Source of the DNA: an uncultured Desulfobacterales bacterium | GTDB taxonomy: Bacteria; Desulfobacterota; Desulfobacteria; Desulfobacterales; JAFDDL01 | NCBI GenBank assembly: GCA_964407825.1 | Contig: CAYOXD010000004.1 | Location: forward strand, 2,784 to 66,783 | DNA: 64,000 nt | Direction of reading: 5' to 3' | Program-made: the position numbers and the translations under genes | Shown here: piece by piece, positions 48,036-57,289 of the stretch | Layout: each line of letters begins with the position of its first letter | Numbering within the stretch: the stretch's first letter is position 1 | Notes under the pieces: model-generated | The model's database searches: none | The model's input: only the letters and a program-made list of their open reading frames with translations | Told to the model about the DNA's origin: nothing

Positions 48036-48308
48036 TCACGGGCAGGGCCCGGCATCTGCGTTTCGGAGCAGTTCCAGAGCCTCCTCGAATTTCGCGCTTA
48101 CCCCCCGCGTCTGATCCGCCGCCTCGCACAACAAGCGGGCGATATCCGTCAGGTTCGAGGCCTCGGCCTTCCGTGCCCATTCAACGCAGCTGCCCACATG
48201 CCCCTCGTTGTGGCGGATCCAATGCTCGAGGAGTTTAATGAGTTTACCCTCGAATGACAGGGGAGCGGCCGCCCCCCCGCCCTGGGGATACGCGTGATCA
48301 TGCTGCAT
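48036..48308 (-). CDS. Small His-rich helical protein (hypothetical, possible metal-binding)
   Basis: MQHDHAYP...LIKLLEHWIRHNEGHVGSCVEWARKAE. I assign no family. Confidence 0.45.
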   Translation of the reverse strand: MQHDHAYPQGGGAAAPLSFEGKLIKLLEHWIRHNEGHVGSCVEWARKAEASNLTDIARLLCEAADQTRGVSAKFEEALELLRNADAGPCP

Positions 48309-48408
48309 GGAGTGCTCCTTAAAAAAATGAGACGGACGCCCTTGGGGGACATCCCTCAGTTAATCCTGTCCCATCTGATACCTAAAAATGAATCCAAAAA
48401 CAAGGCTG

Positions 48409-49563
48409 TCACGTATATACGATATTCCACTTGAGGGGAGGGGCTCGCCAGATACCGGGCGCAGGAAGGATGTGCTGGTAACACACGGTCAGCCAGTAGG
48501 GATCGGCCTTAATCTCCCTCAGACGCCCATCCTCGGGCGCTCTGGCGGGGATGGTATGGGCATAGGTGGTTTGAAAAATGCAGATGGAAGTGCCGTTTTT
48601 CTTGAAAACGGCATAATTTTTCTGAAACCGTCTCAGGGACAGGTTGTGGGCCTCGATGATCTGGTTGACCTCTTCACGGGAAAACGACACCAGGATGGCC
48701 TTGCTGACCCCTCGCTCACTGATCCGGATGAGCGCACGCGATTCACTGCTCCCCGCATAGACGGTGGTAATGAAGGGCAGGCGTTTCAGGTACTGGGCGG
48801 CCACAATGGCGGCGGTTCTCCTTCCCCCGGCCATGACAGGCAATCCATAGTATTCAAAAAATTTCTTCTGGATATCCTCGGCATACTTATCTCCCTTTTC
48901 ATAGATATCCTTTGAAATATAGCGCAGCTTCTGGGCCATGTCCTCCGCCGCATCGGCAATGGGCCAATCGATCCGGACATGGAAGTGCGACAGGTTGTAT
49001 CGGTCCCTGGATTGGGAGGTTGTATCCCGCTGGATGAGAAGGGCATAGTCCACGGGCAACAGTTCATGCAGAAAATCAAAAAATTTCACCGAGTCCAGAC
49101 ACTTTTGATTCCGGTCAAAGGCGCCGTTCAGGAGCAGGGTCTTGGCCTGGAGCAGGTTGGTCTTGGTGGTCTTGTTGACTTCGAAGAAACGGATGTATTT
49201 CTTATGGATTTCGGGTATGCTTTCTTCTGAAAAAATGACAAGAAAGGCATTCTGCTCGCTGTATTCCTGGCTTGGGATTCTCGCCCTGGGCTTCAGTTCG
49301 CGCTTTTCCACAAAGGGGTATGGGATGTTCTTTCCCTTGAACTGTTGATAGGATTCCATCAGGGCATATTGCAGCAGGTATTGATCCAGCTGGTCCCGCA
49401 GCAGCTCGTAGTAGGATCGCTTTATCCTGTCCCTCAGACTCAGCTCTTCACGGATACTCCAGAATGTCAACGTTGCGTCCCCCTTCCCTGCAGACAGATC
49501 CGTCCTGGACAGCAAACCAACGCATATCGGACATAAGTTACCATTATCCGAAGGAATCGTCAA
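48409..49563 (-). CDS. Hypothetical 384-aa protein (orphan)
   Basis: Long ORF in a visibly A/T-richer stretch. It shows codon-like periodicity and a single N-terminal CPIC. I recognise no motif. Confidence 0.6.
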   Translation of the reverse strand: MTIPSDNGNLCPICVGLLSRTDLSAGKGDATLTFWSIREELSLRDRIKRSYYELLRDQLDQYLLQYALMESYQQFKGKNIPYPFVEKRELKPRARIPSQEYSEQNAFLVIFSEESIPEIHKKYIRFFEVNKTTKTNLLQAKTLLLNGAFDRNQKCLDSVKFFDFLHELLPVDYALLIQRDTTSQSRDRYNLSHFHVRIDWPIADAAEDMAQKLRYISKDIYEKGDKYAEDIQKKFFEYYGLPVMAGGRRTAAIVAAQYLKRLPFITTVYAGSSESRALIRISERGVSKAILVSFSREEVNQIIEAHNLSLRRFQKNYAVFKKNGTSICIFQTTYAHTIPARAPEDGRLREIKADPYWLTVCYQHILPAPGIWRAPPLKWNIVYT

Positions 49564-49606
49564 CTGTCTATCCGGGGACGTTCGTGATAGTTGAACGACA
49601 TTCCTG

Positions 49607-49636
49607 TTGACAGGAATTCCCGATCCGGCCTATAAG
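49607..49636 (+). promoter_or_regulatory. Candidate promoter upstream of tRNA-Leu, with its -35 embedded in a palindrome
   Basis: TTGACA-N18-TATAAG. The palindrome is ATTCCTG-ttga-CAGGAAT (49600-49617). Confidence 0.3.
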
Positions 49637-49745
49637 GGCAACATTCGGCTTCGCCGGAAACTTTACATTCTGAGTGTCAGTTTTCCGGACCCTCCCCCAA
49701 CACGCTCCTCAAGCAGGTATGTTGCGGATAAAAGGTCCAACTTCT

Positions 49746-49832
49746 GCCGGAGTGGTGAAATTGGTAGACGCACGGGACTCAAAATCCCGCGGGGGCAACC
49801 CCATGTCGGTTCGATTCCGACCTCCGGCACCA
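49746..49832 (+). tRNA. tRNA-Leu (anticodon CAA), encoded CCA end
   Basis: GCCGGAG acceptor pairs with CTCCGGC. D-arm GTGGTGAAATTGGTAGAC; anticodon loop CTCAAAA; long variable arm; GGTTCGATTCC T-loop; ACCA tail. Confidence 0.9.
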
Positions 49833-49842
49833 CAGAACATCA

Positions 49843-49877
49843 AGGGGCTACGGATAATGCCGGGCCCCTCTTTTTTT
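49843..49877 (+). terminator. Rho-independent terminator after the tRNA
   Basis: AGGGGC..CGG-ataatg-CCG.GCCCCT followed by CTTTTTTT. Confidence 0.7.
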
Positions 49878-49883
49878 GTCTCA

Positions 49884-50279
49884 TCAGTCATTGATATCAT
49901 GATTTTTTCCGATGGGTTCAAGGCGGGAGGACAGCAGCTCTTCGAAAAGCTTATCGGATTCTTCCGCCACGAGGCGGTGTAATTTGCGAAATCGTTCCAT
50001 CAGTTCCAATGCAAAGGAGGTGAGCTGGGATCCGCCGCCGGTTTTCCCGCCAATATTGCGCGTAAGAAGGGGGTATCCAAGACGATCTTCCGTCGCCTTA
50101 ATTCGACCCCATACGGCCCGATAACTCATCCCCAACTCTTTTGACGCCGCGAGGATCGAGCCATTCCGTTTGATAGCATCCAGGATTTTCAGGCGTCCAA
50201 GTCCAAACACCACCTTTCCTGACCCATCTGCGACCCATATCTTTGAGCGAATGGACAGGTAATTAGTTTTCTTTTTCAT
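49884..50279 (-). CDS. ModE N-terminal-domain-only winged-helix regulator (no Mop/di-Mop molybdate-binding domains)
   Basis: LGRLKILDAIKRNGSILAASKELGMSYRAVWGRIKATEDRLGYPLLTRNIGGKTGGGSQLT matches the ModE/LysR-type HTH N-domain. The protein is only 131 aa. Confidence 0.75.
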   Translation of the reverse strand: MKKKTNYLSIRSKIWVADGSGKVVFGLGRLKILDAIKRNGSILAASKELGMSYRAVWGRIKATEDRLGYPLLTRNIGGKTGGGSQLTSFALELMERFRKLHRLVAEESDKLFEELLSSRLEPIGKNHDIND

Positions 50280-50379
50280 ATTGGATAATTACCATGACAT
50301 AAAATAGGATTTCAAGTCTGATTCTACGTTATAGGGGCCACAATCTATAGTCCCTGGATGAGCATCGCCACAGCTGTAG

Positions 50380-50703
50380 CGGGGTCCAAGCGACTGGATG
50401 CCCCCTAATGGATCTAAGGAAAACGGGCAGTTCAGAGAGGCCTCCTGGGATGAAGCCCTGGACCTGGTGGTTGATAAATTCAAGGAGATCATCGCGCAGG
50501 ACGGCCCCGATGCCCTTGCTGGCGTCAGCTGCGCCCGCACCTGACATGCCCCGACGGTCGCCGGGCTGGCGACCACGTTTGGTTCGGGTGCCATGACGAA
50601 TTCGTTTTCCGAATTCTCAAAATTGAGGGGGATGACCAGCTGCATATGCGTTATATCATTATTGACACAACGCAAAATAAAATCTATGAGAGCTCCTATC
50701 TGA
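50380..50703 (+). pseudogene. Remnant of a selenocysteine-type formate dehydrogenase alpha subunit (molybdopterin oxidoreductase)
   Basis: My translation gives ...GQFREASWDEALDLVVDKFKEIIAQDGPDALAGVSCART-TGA-HAPTVAGLATTFGSGAMTNSFSEF, then unrelated sequence and a stop. For comparison, E. coli FdhF reads VSWDEAL...GPDAI...CARVUHGPSVAGL...GNGAMSN. The N-terminal Fe-S region, about 30 internal residues and the whole C-terminus are missing. Confidence 0.65.
50556..50574 (+). other. SECIS-like hairpin 11 nt downstream of the in-frame TGA of the FDH remnant
   Basis: GGTCGCC-gggct-GGCGACC. The TGA is at 50542-50544. Confidence 0.45.
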
Positions 50704-50786
50704 AAGCCCATGCTTCTATTACTTTTGCGGGGTAAATTCGGCCATGGCGCTGGAAGCGGACGGCCTCCCTGCGGAAAGGCGAAAAT

Positions 50787-51554
50787 ATGGACCTCACATT
50801 CCTGCCATCCAACCGAACGGTTCCCGAAGCGGTTCATTTTCCCCGGACAGTCCCCCCCCTGGCAAACGAACTGGAACGGTATCATCGAAAGCTTCAGCGC
50901 GGCATTGATGAGTTTCTATTGAATGAAAGGTTTCTGGAACAAAGGTGGACCGAACTCCAGGAAATACCCCTTCATCGTGGCAGGATATACTGGCTGACGA
51001 CAGCCAGGCTGGCGGAGCTGGCCCTATTATGTGCGGGCAACTACGCAGACAATCTGGAAACCCAAGCCGCGGGGGATCTGCTGGTGAATCCCAGAACGAT
51101 TTGCATCCATGTCAGGGGCAAACATGCCCCCCTCAAAAAGGAGCGGCATATCAGCCTGACTGAGCAATTCGCCATTCCAAAGGCTCCTCCCTGCGAGACG
51201 ATTGAGTGGTTTAAAACCCAGACATGTTTGGAAATCAAAAAAAAAGCGCTGCTGCCATCATGCTACGATGCGTTGAAGCGTTCCGGATATATCTCGCTGG
51301 CGTATCTTGACTCCTTTGACCGCCGCATGAAGCGGGTCGCCGAGGTAATCGGCTTTCTGGCCGCATGGCAGGTAATCGGCAGCGCGGAATTTTGCGCACG
51401 CATGCAAGCCCTGAGTTCCACCCAAAGGGAGTTTATCGAATCGAACCTCTGCCGGTTCGATCGGCGCATATTTGATGAAATCGGATCGGATATCCAGAGG
51501 ATGATGGAAAAGAAGGCATGCCGCAGCAGATTCATCGCCGTCGGTTTGACATGA
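50787..51554 (+). CDS. Hypothetical 255-aa protein (orphan)
   Basis: ORF with a GGAAAGG RBS-like element. I recognise no motifs. Confidence 0.5.
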   Translation: MDLTFLPSNRTVPEAVHFPRTVPPLANELERYHRKLQRGIDEFLLNERFLEQRWTELQEIPLHRGRIYWLTTARLAELALLCAGNYADNLETQAAGDLLVNPRTICIHVRGKHAPLKKERHISLTEQFAIPKAPPCETIEWFKTQTCLEIKKKALLPSCYDALKRSGYISLAYLDSFDRRMKRVAEVIGFLAAWQVIGSAEFCARMQALSSTQREFIESNLCRFDRRIFDEIGSDIQRMMEKKACRSRFIAVGLT

Positions 51555-51582
51555 TCGGCAGCGACAAGAGCCCTCTTATTTA

Positions 51583-51750
51583 TCAAGGCAGATCGCCAGG
51601 TCGCCACCGTTTCGGCAGATCCTGCCCATCTGGGGCAAGGGGGTCGATGGCCTTACGGCACAGAAAGGCCAGGCAGACCGGGCTCTTGTGGCTTTTGAGA
51701 ATGCAGCCGTGTTCCGGGTCGTGATACGCGCAGGGGGATGGGGACGGCAT
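51583..51750 (-). CDS. Possible 55-aa Cys-rich mini-protein (below the ORF-track cutoff)
   Basis: My translation: MPSPSPCAYHDPEHGCILKSHKSPVCLAFLCRKAIDPLAPDGQDLPKRWRPGDLP. It starts 17 nt downstream of the Sm-like gene's stop on the same strand. The C..(H)..GC.....P.C..F.C pattern resembles the C-terminal half of YkgJ-type cysteine-cluster proteins. Confidence 0.25.
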   Translation of the reverse strand: MPSPSPCAYHDPEHGCILKSHKSPVCLAFLCRKAIDPLAPDGQDLPKRWRPGDLP

Positions 51751-51766
51751 CAAGGCACCCCCTACC

Positions 51767-52042
51767 TTAAAACGCTTTCACATCCTCGAGCAGTGAAAAA
51801 CTGATCACGTGAGCCATATCGACGAATACGGATTTACGGTTTGACTTAACGCCGGTGGCGCGGGTGTCAAAGATATAGAGCTCCTTGGAGGTCGAAGAAT
51901 CCGTGCCGTCATGCACATCCACATCCGTCAGTACAACGCAGTTTCCCGTAATTTTCTCGAGGGTCCCTATATAGATCCACGAGGATCGGGTATCCAGGAC
52001 GATTCTTTGATTGAGAAAGGCTTCAAGCGCTTTTTTCATCAT
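51767..52042 (-). CDS. Sm-like (LSm-fold) small protein
   Basis: LNQRIVLDTRSSWIYIGTLEKITGNCVVLTDVDV (Sm1-like) and VFVDMAHVISFSLL (Sm2-like). Confidence 0.55.
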   Translation of the reverse strand: MMKKALEAFLNQRIVLDTRSSWIYIGTLEKITGNCVVLTDVDVHDGTDSSTSKELYIFDTRATGVKSNRKSVFVDMAHVISFSLLEDVKAF

Positions 52043-52246
52043 CGCTCATCGGGGCTGTCTGTTATCTCGTATGGGTTGTACCTGTCTTACACCAACGCAT
52101 CGGCCTTGTTAAGCGCTTTCTTAGAATCTCAGGCGGCGGCACTGCGTTCAGGGGGCAAGCTATTTTTCCATTTCTTCCCAGCCGAAATCCGTGTAATCTA
52201 GAAAACCCATAAGATCCAAGGATCAAACCTATCAGGGAGAATCACC

Positions 52247-52447
52247 ATGCAAAAATGGCTCATCCTAGCGGGACTCATTCTGGTGGCAACGGGCGTCCTG
52301 TGGCCCATCCTGGGAAAACTTCCCCTGGGCCGCCTTCCGGGCGATATCGTCATCAGCCGTCCGGGGCTCAAGGTCTTTTTCCCTGTGACCACCATGATTC
52401 TTTTAAGCCTTGTGATCTCCCTTATCCTCTGGCTCTTGAGAAGATGA
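52247..52447 (+). CDS. DUF2905-family small membrane protein
   Basis: LGRLPGDIVISRPGLKVFFPVTTMILLS is the family signature as I recall it. Confidence 0.75.
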   Translation: MQKWLILAGLILVATGVLWPILGKLPLGRLPGDIVISRPGLKVFFPVTTMILLSLVISLILWLLRR

Positions 52448-52490
52448 CGGAGATGAATCGGGCCGAGAGGAGACGAAAGGAGGAGGCATC

Positions 52491-52805
52491 ATGAGCGTTC
52501 TGATCGACTTTGCCATCTTTCCGGTGGACAAGGGAACAAGCGTCAGCCCCTACGTGGCACGGGCGCTCTCCATCATCCGGGAAAGCGGACTTGCCCATCA
52601 GCTAGGCCCCATGGGAACCAGCATCGAGGGGGAATGGTCAGCCGTCATGTCCGTGGTGGACCGTTGCTTCAGGGCCCTTGAGAAGGACTGCGAACGGATC
52701 TATTTCACCATCAAAGCGGACTACCGAAAGGGCACCGCCGACCGGATCCATGGGAAGGTCGCCTCGGTCGAGGAAAAGACACAAGAGCTGAGCGGCTACC
52801 CTTGA
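52491..52805 (+). CDS. MTH1187/YkoF-family (thiamine-binding-like) protein
   Basis: IDFAIFPVDKGTSVSPYVA...GPMGT.IEGEW...V matches the family pattern. Confidence 0.8.
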   Translation: MSVLIDFAIFPVDKGTSVSPYVARALSIIRESGLAHQLGPMGTSIEGEWSAVMSVVDRCFRALEKDCERIYFTIKADYRKGTADRIHGKVASVEEKTQELSGYP

Positions 52806-53081
52806 CATTCAATAAGTTATTTGATTTAAGATGTTATCTTGATGGTTCTCATACGACTTTGAGGCTACCTCATGCAGCACCACATTCACTGGATCCACCG
52901 CCAAGGTGTTTTACTTCCCGACTTCGACAAGGTGCAACGTAATTTACCCCTCTATGCATCAATCCGGCAGCGCCGCCCTTTCGTTCCCAGGAGACAGTCC
53001 GGACGGAGGAGAGGTCTATGAAGCAAGAGCGGCATATTCGGAAGTGGAAGCTCCAACCTAGGGGGAACAAGGCGGCAAGAG

Positions 53082-54341
53082 ATGAAAGTTCTAATCGTAG
53101 ATGACCAGCTTGTCAGCAGAAAAAAAGTACAGAAAATCTTCGAGGGATTCTGCACGCCCGACGCCGTCGACTGTGGTCAGGCGGCCTTGGACGCCTACCG
53201 AAAATCCTGGGAGGACGAGGCCCCCTACCAATTGATCACCCTGGACATTTCCATGCCGGATATGAACGGCATGGAGGTGCTGCAGACCATTCGGGAGCAG
53301 GAGACGGCACAGGGCATCTCAAAGGATCAGCAGGTCAAGGTCCTGATGGTCACCTCCACCTCGGACAAGGATACGGTCGTCACCTGCATCCAGGCGGGCT
53401 GCGACGATTACCTGGTCAAGCCCCTCAACAAGGAGGCGATCTCAGCCAAGCTCGAAAAATTCGGGCTCATAGTGGCCAAGGAGACCCAGTCGGAAAGCAC
53501 CCTGCGCAAAATGGTGGAAACCACCATCGAACGCTTCAACAGGGGAGATATCGAGCTGCCGGTCATGCCCCAGGTGGTCCGGGAAATTCAAAGCGCCATC
53601 GACAACGCGGCATCGACCATCGATGCCATCTCCCAGGTCATCGAGAAGGATCCATCGATTTCCCTCAAGCTAATCGCCACCGCCAACTCCCCGATCTTTC
53701 GCGGCGTCGACAAGATCGAAACCGTAACCCAGGCCATATCGCGAATCGGCCTGAAGGACGTTCAGGATCTCGTCACCGCCATTGCCAATAAGAGCCTCTA
53801 CGAGACGAAAAACCGGCAGCTCAAGCAACTGCTGGATAAGCTCTGGCTCCACTCCCTGGCCTGCGGGCATGCCGCAAGGCTCATCTCCGAGAAAACGGTC
53901 CGGCAGTTCATTCCCAGGGCGTTTCTGGCCGGTCTCGTCCATGACATCGGCAGCGTGCTGTTGCTCAAGAGCCTGGGAGAGATCATTTCCCCCAAAATGG
54001 AACTCGATCAAGCCGAACTCGTCAACAGTGTCTGGGAGGTACATACCAGTTTCGGCTCGGCCCTTCTCGACAAGTGGGATTATTCGGAGGATCTGGTCAA
54101 ACTGGCCCGGCTTCACGAATGGACCCGGTTCGAGCCAGACACGGAAAAGCCGGTCCTGATCATCAACCTGGCGGACAACCTGACCCATTCCATCGGCTTT
54201 GGGTTCTTCGACAAGGGGGAAATGGACCTCACGGCGCTGGACTCGACCCGCCTGCTGGAAATCGATGCCGACACCCTGGATGCCATTGGCCAGGAGGTTT
54301 CGGCGCTGATGTCCGAGTCGGCTAAAAGGATCGCTGATTAG
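53082..54341 (+). CDS. Response-regulator receiver fused to an HDOD domain
   Basis: MKVLIVDDQ...TLDISMPDMNG...K receiver motifs, then ELPVMPQVVREIQSAIDNAAS...KLIATANSPIF...GLVHDIG. Confidence 0.85.
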   Translation: MKVLIVDDQLVSRKKVQKIFEGFCTPDAVDCGQAALDAYRKSWEDEAPYQLITLDISMPDMNGMEVLQTIREQETAQGISKDQQVKVLMVTSTSDKDTVVTCIQAGCDDYLVKPLNKEAISAKLEKFGLIVAKETQSESTLRKMVETTIERFNRGDIELPVMPQVVREIQSAIDNAASTIDAISQVIEKDPSISLKLIATANSPIFRGVDKIETVTQAISRIGLKDVQDLVTAIANKSLYETKNRQLKQLLDKLWLHSLACGHAARLISEKTVRQFIPRAFLAGLVHDIGSVLLLKSLGEIISPKMELDQAELVNSVWEVHTSFGSALLDKWDYSEDLVKLARLHEWTRFEPDTEKPVLIINLADNLTHSIGFGFFDKGEMDLTALDSTRLLEIDADTLDAIGQEVSALMSESAKRIAD

Positions 54342-54354
54342 GGACAATCCCAAA

Positions 54355-57270
54355 TCATGAGGCCCCGTTGAAAATCGCCGGGTAGCGGGCCGCGGCGAAT
54401 TTTTCCAGGGCCGCCAGGGCCGAAGTCAGCTCCACGAGGGCCTCCCGGCCTCCCTCGAGGGCGTTTGCCTTTCCCATCTTTTCCAGCTCGAAGGCCAGCT
54501 CCGAGAGCCTGAGGGCCGTCAGATCCGCCGCACCTCCCTTGATGGAATGGGCCTCCCTTCGGACCGCCTCGGCATCCCCCTCCGAGAGGGCCCCGGCGAT
54601 GACCTCGATTTGCCGCTTCACATTTCCGATGAACGCTACCAACACCTCAAGGACTAGCGCCTCGTCGCCCTCGAATTCCTCGATGGCCCGTTCAAAGGTG
54701 ATGGGGTCGGCCCCCTGTAAGGGCACGTCCGCTGGGGTCATCCCGGCAGGTTCCGGGCCGCCCTGCCCCGTATCGGCCTGCTCCCAACCGATAATGGAGA
54801 CCCATTTCTCCACCATGGCCAGGAGCTTCGCCTTGCGCAGGGGCTTGGTGATATAATCGTCCATCCCCGCCTGGAGGCAAAGCTCCCGGTCTCCCTCCAT
54901 GGCATGGGCCGTTGTGGCGACAATGGGTATCCTGGGTCGCCTGCCGGGCGAAGACGCCGATGTCCCCTGCTTTTCCTCCAGCGCCCGGATGGCTCCGGCA
55001 GCCCTGTAGCCATCCATGACCGGCATCTGCATATCCATGAGAATGAGATCATAGGACTGCCTCTCGAAGGCGGTCACCGCTTCCCGGCCGTTTTCAGCCA
55101 GGTCCACCTCATAACCGGCCCTTCGCAGATGGTGCATGGCCAACTGCTGATTCGTGGGGTAGTCCTCCGCCAGCAGGATGCGCACCTGCCGCCGATGGGG
55201 CACCGATTCGGACAGGGTATATCGGGTGACCAGGCTGCGGTCCCCCCCGGTCCCGCCCCTCCTGGATTGCACCAGGATCAGCCGGATTGCCCGCTTCAAG
55301 CTCTCCGATTCGATGGGTCCCGTGAGATAGCCGTCAATGCCGATCTTCTTGCATGTTTCCGCATCTCCCGGCATCCCCTTGGACAGCAGAATCATGACGC
55401 CCAGCCTCTCGAATTCCGGCATACTCCTGATTTTTCTTGACAACTCAAATGCATCGATATCCGATGTCAGATTGCCGGTCACCACCACCGAAAAAGGATC
55501 GCCGGCCGCCACCGCCTCCTTGAGGGCCGTCAGGGCACGGGAGCCGCTGTCCATCGTCTTGAATCGACACCCCCATGAGGACAGATGCCGAACCAGCCCC
55601 GATCGCTTTGAAGAATCGACGTAGATCAGCAGAACCTTCAGGTTCTCGAAGGCAAGCGCATCCATCTCCGGGGCCACCGCCCGGCGGGCATCTTTTCCCG
55701 CCACCACGGTGAACCAGAACAGACTTCCCTTTCCAGGTTCACTCTCGACACCGATCCGGCCCCCCATCAGTTCGACCAGCTGTTTGGAAATGGTGGTCCC
55801 CAGACCCGTCCCGCCGTATTTCCGGGTGGTGGACCCATCGGCCTGGGTAAACCGCTCGAAGATAAGCGCCTTTTTATCCGAAGCGATGCCGATGCCCGTG
55901 TCCTTGACCTGGAATTTCACCACCACTTCATCCCCCCGGTCCTCCACCAGGTCCACACGCAGGGAAATGCTCCCCTCGTGGGTGAACTTCATCGCATTGA
56001 CCAGGAGGTTGTTGAGAATCTGCCGCAGCCTCGCCGGATCCCCCACCAGCCGGCGAGGGACCTTTGTCGACAGGGAAAAATGGAAATCCAACCCCTTTCG
56101 TTTTGCCCGCATCCCCATGTTGTTGGAAAGATCCTCGATCAGGACACCGAGGTTGAAGGCCACCTGCTCGAGTTCCATCCGCTTGGCCTCGATCTTGGAC
56201 AGGTCGAGAATGTTGTTGATCAGTTCGTAGAGGGAGTTGGCCTCCGACTCGATGGTCTTGAGCAGCTTCGAGAGGCCCTGGTCCCGGCAGGTTTCCCTGG
56301 CCAGCTCGTTCATGCCGATGATGCCGTTCAAGGGGGTCCTGATTTCGTGGCTCAGATTGGCCAGAAATTCGCTTTTGGCCCGGTTGGCCTTCTCGGCAAG
56401 TTCTCTTTTTTCGATGAGCTCGTTTTCCAGTTCCCGTCGCTCCGTCACATCCCGGATCATGCCCCTGAAGCCGCAGGGCCTGCCGCCGGCATCCCGCATG
56501 AGGGAAACGGAATTTTCCAGAAAGCGGATCTCCCCGGATTTACACTGGAGGGGCCACTCGATCCGCTTTACCGGATGTCCCGTGGCAAAAACCCGCCGGT
56601 ATTCCGCGTACAGCTTTTGGGCCGATTCCCTGTTAGTGAGCGACCTCGAGTTCATCCCCATCAATTCATCCCTGTCGTACCCGGTGATATGGCAGGTGGC
56701 GTCGTTGAAAAACCGCAGCCTTCCGGACAGATCCGCCTCGTAATAGCCGTCTTCGATACTCTCCAGAATCGTGCGATACTTCTCCTCCGAGTTCCGGAGT
56801 TGCTCGGTCCTTTCCAGGGCCATCGCCTCCAGGCCTTCGCTGTATTGCCGGATTTCCTTCTCGGCCTTGCGCCTGGACATCTCGAGATTTAGAATCCGTT
56901 TGCCGGTATTGAGACGCGCGATCAGTTCACTGGCATTGATGGGTTTGGTCAGGTAATCGTCAACACCCGCCTCAAAGCCTAAAACGATATCCTCCAGGGA
57001 GTCTTTACCCGTCAGCAGAATGACAAAAACGTAACCCTCCGTCACCGTCTCCCGGATGGCACGGCACAGGGCAAGGCCATCCAGTCCGGGCATCAACCAA
57101 TCGGTCAGCACAATGGGGTAAAATTGGTCCTCGAAGGCCCTCAGGGCCTCCTGACCGTCGCTGACACTGGTGACGTTGTAGCCGGCATTTGCAAGGGGCT
57201 TTTCCAACAGCCTGCGCGAAAGGGGGTCATCCTCGACGATCAAGACATTGAAGGGTTCATTCATTGGCAT
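54355..57270 (-). CDS. Hybrid sensor histidine kinase: REC-PAS-HisKA-HATPase-(degenerate REC)-REC-HPt
   Basis: N-terminal VLIVEDDP...[10 protein letters not shown]; PAS; [16 protein letters not shown]; DTGIGI...GGTGLGT; [11 protein letters not shown]...[10 protein letters not shown]; [10 protein letters not shown]. Confidence 0.9.
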   Translation of the reverse strand: MPMNEPFNVLIVEDDPLSRRLLEKPLANAGYNVTSVSDGQEALRAFEDQFYPIVLTDWLMPGLDGLALCRAIRETVTEGYVFVILLTGKDSLEDIVLGFEAGVDDYLTKPINASELIARLNTGKRILNLEMSRRKAEKEIRQYSEGLEAMALERTEQLRNSEEKYRTILESIEDGYYEADLSGRLRFFNDATCHITGYDRDELMGMNSRSLTNRESAQKLYAEYRRVFATGHPVKRIEWPLQCKSGEIRFLENSVSLMRDAGGRPCGFRGMIRDVTERRELENELIEKRELAEKANRAKSEFLANLSHEIRTPLNGIIGMNELARETCRDQGLSKLLKTIESEANSLYELINNILDLSKIEAKRMELEQVAFNLGVLIEDLSNNMGMRAKRKGLDFHFSLSTKVPRRLVGDPARLRQILNNLLVNAMKFTHEGSISLRVDLVEDRGDEVVVKFQVKDTGIGIASDKKALIFERFTQADGSTTRKYGGTGLGTTISKQLVELMGGRIGVESEPGKGSLFWFTVVAGKDARRAVAPEMDALAFENLKVLLIYVDSSKRSGLVRHLSSWGCRFKTMDSGSRALTALKEAVAAGDPFSVVVTGNLTSDIDAFELSRKIRSMPEFERLGVMILLSKGMPGDAETCKKIGIDGYLTGPIESESLKRAIRLILVQSRRGGTGGDRSLVTRYTLSESVPHRRQVRILLAEDYPTNQQLAMHHLRRAGYEVDLAENGREAVTAFERQSYDLILMDMQMPVMDGYRAAGAIRALEEKQGTSASSPGRRPRIPIVATTAHAMEGDRELCLQAGMDDYITKPLRKAKLLAMVEKWVSIIGWEQADTGQGGPEPAGMTPADVPLQGADPITFERAIEEFEGDEALVLEVLVAFIGNVKRQIEVIAGALSEGDAEAVRREAHSIKGGAADLTALRLSELAFELEKMGKANALEGGREALVELTSALAALEKFAAARYPAIFNGAS

Positions 57271-57289
57271 TCCTGTGCGGAAAGGATAC

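Noticed and set aside
49607-49982. Plus-strand ORFs of 95 and 102 aa overlapping the tRNA
   Set aside because: They run through the tRNA-Leu gene and its terminator and have no RBS. They are spurious.
49833-52100. Genomic island integrated at the 3' end of tRNA-Leu
   Set aside because: There is no integrase or recombinase gene. There is no convincing direct repeat of the tRNA 3' end: only an 8-nt GGTTCGAT match near 51455. The patch is better described as a decayed or variable region than as a defined mobile element.
52870-53155. Two short minus-strand ORFs upstream of the REC-HDOD gene
   Set aside because: They have no RBS and no motifs, and they lie in the probable promoter region of the plus-strand gene.
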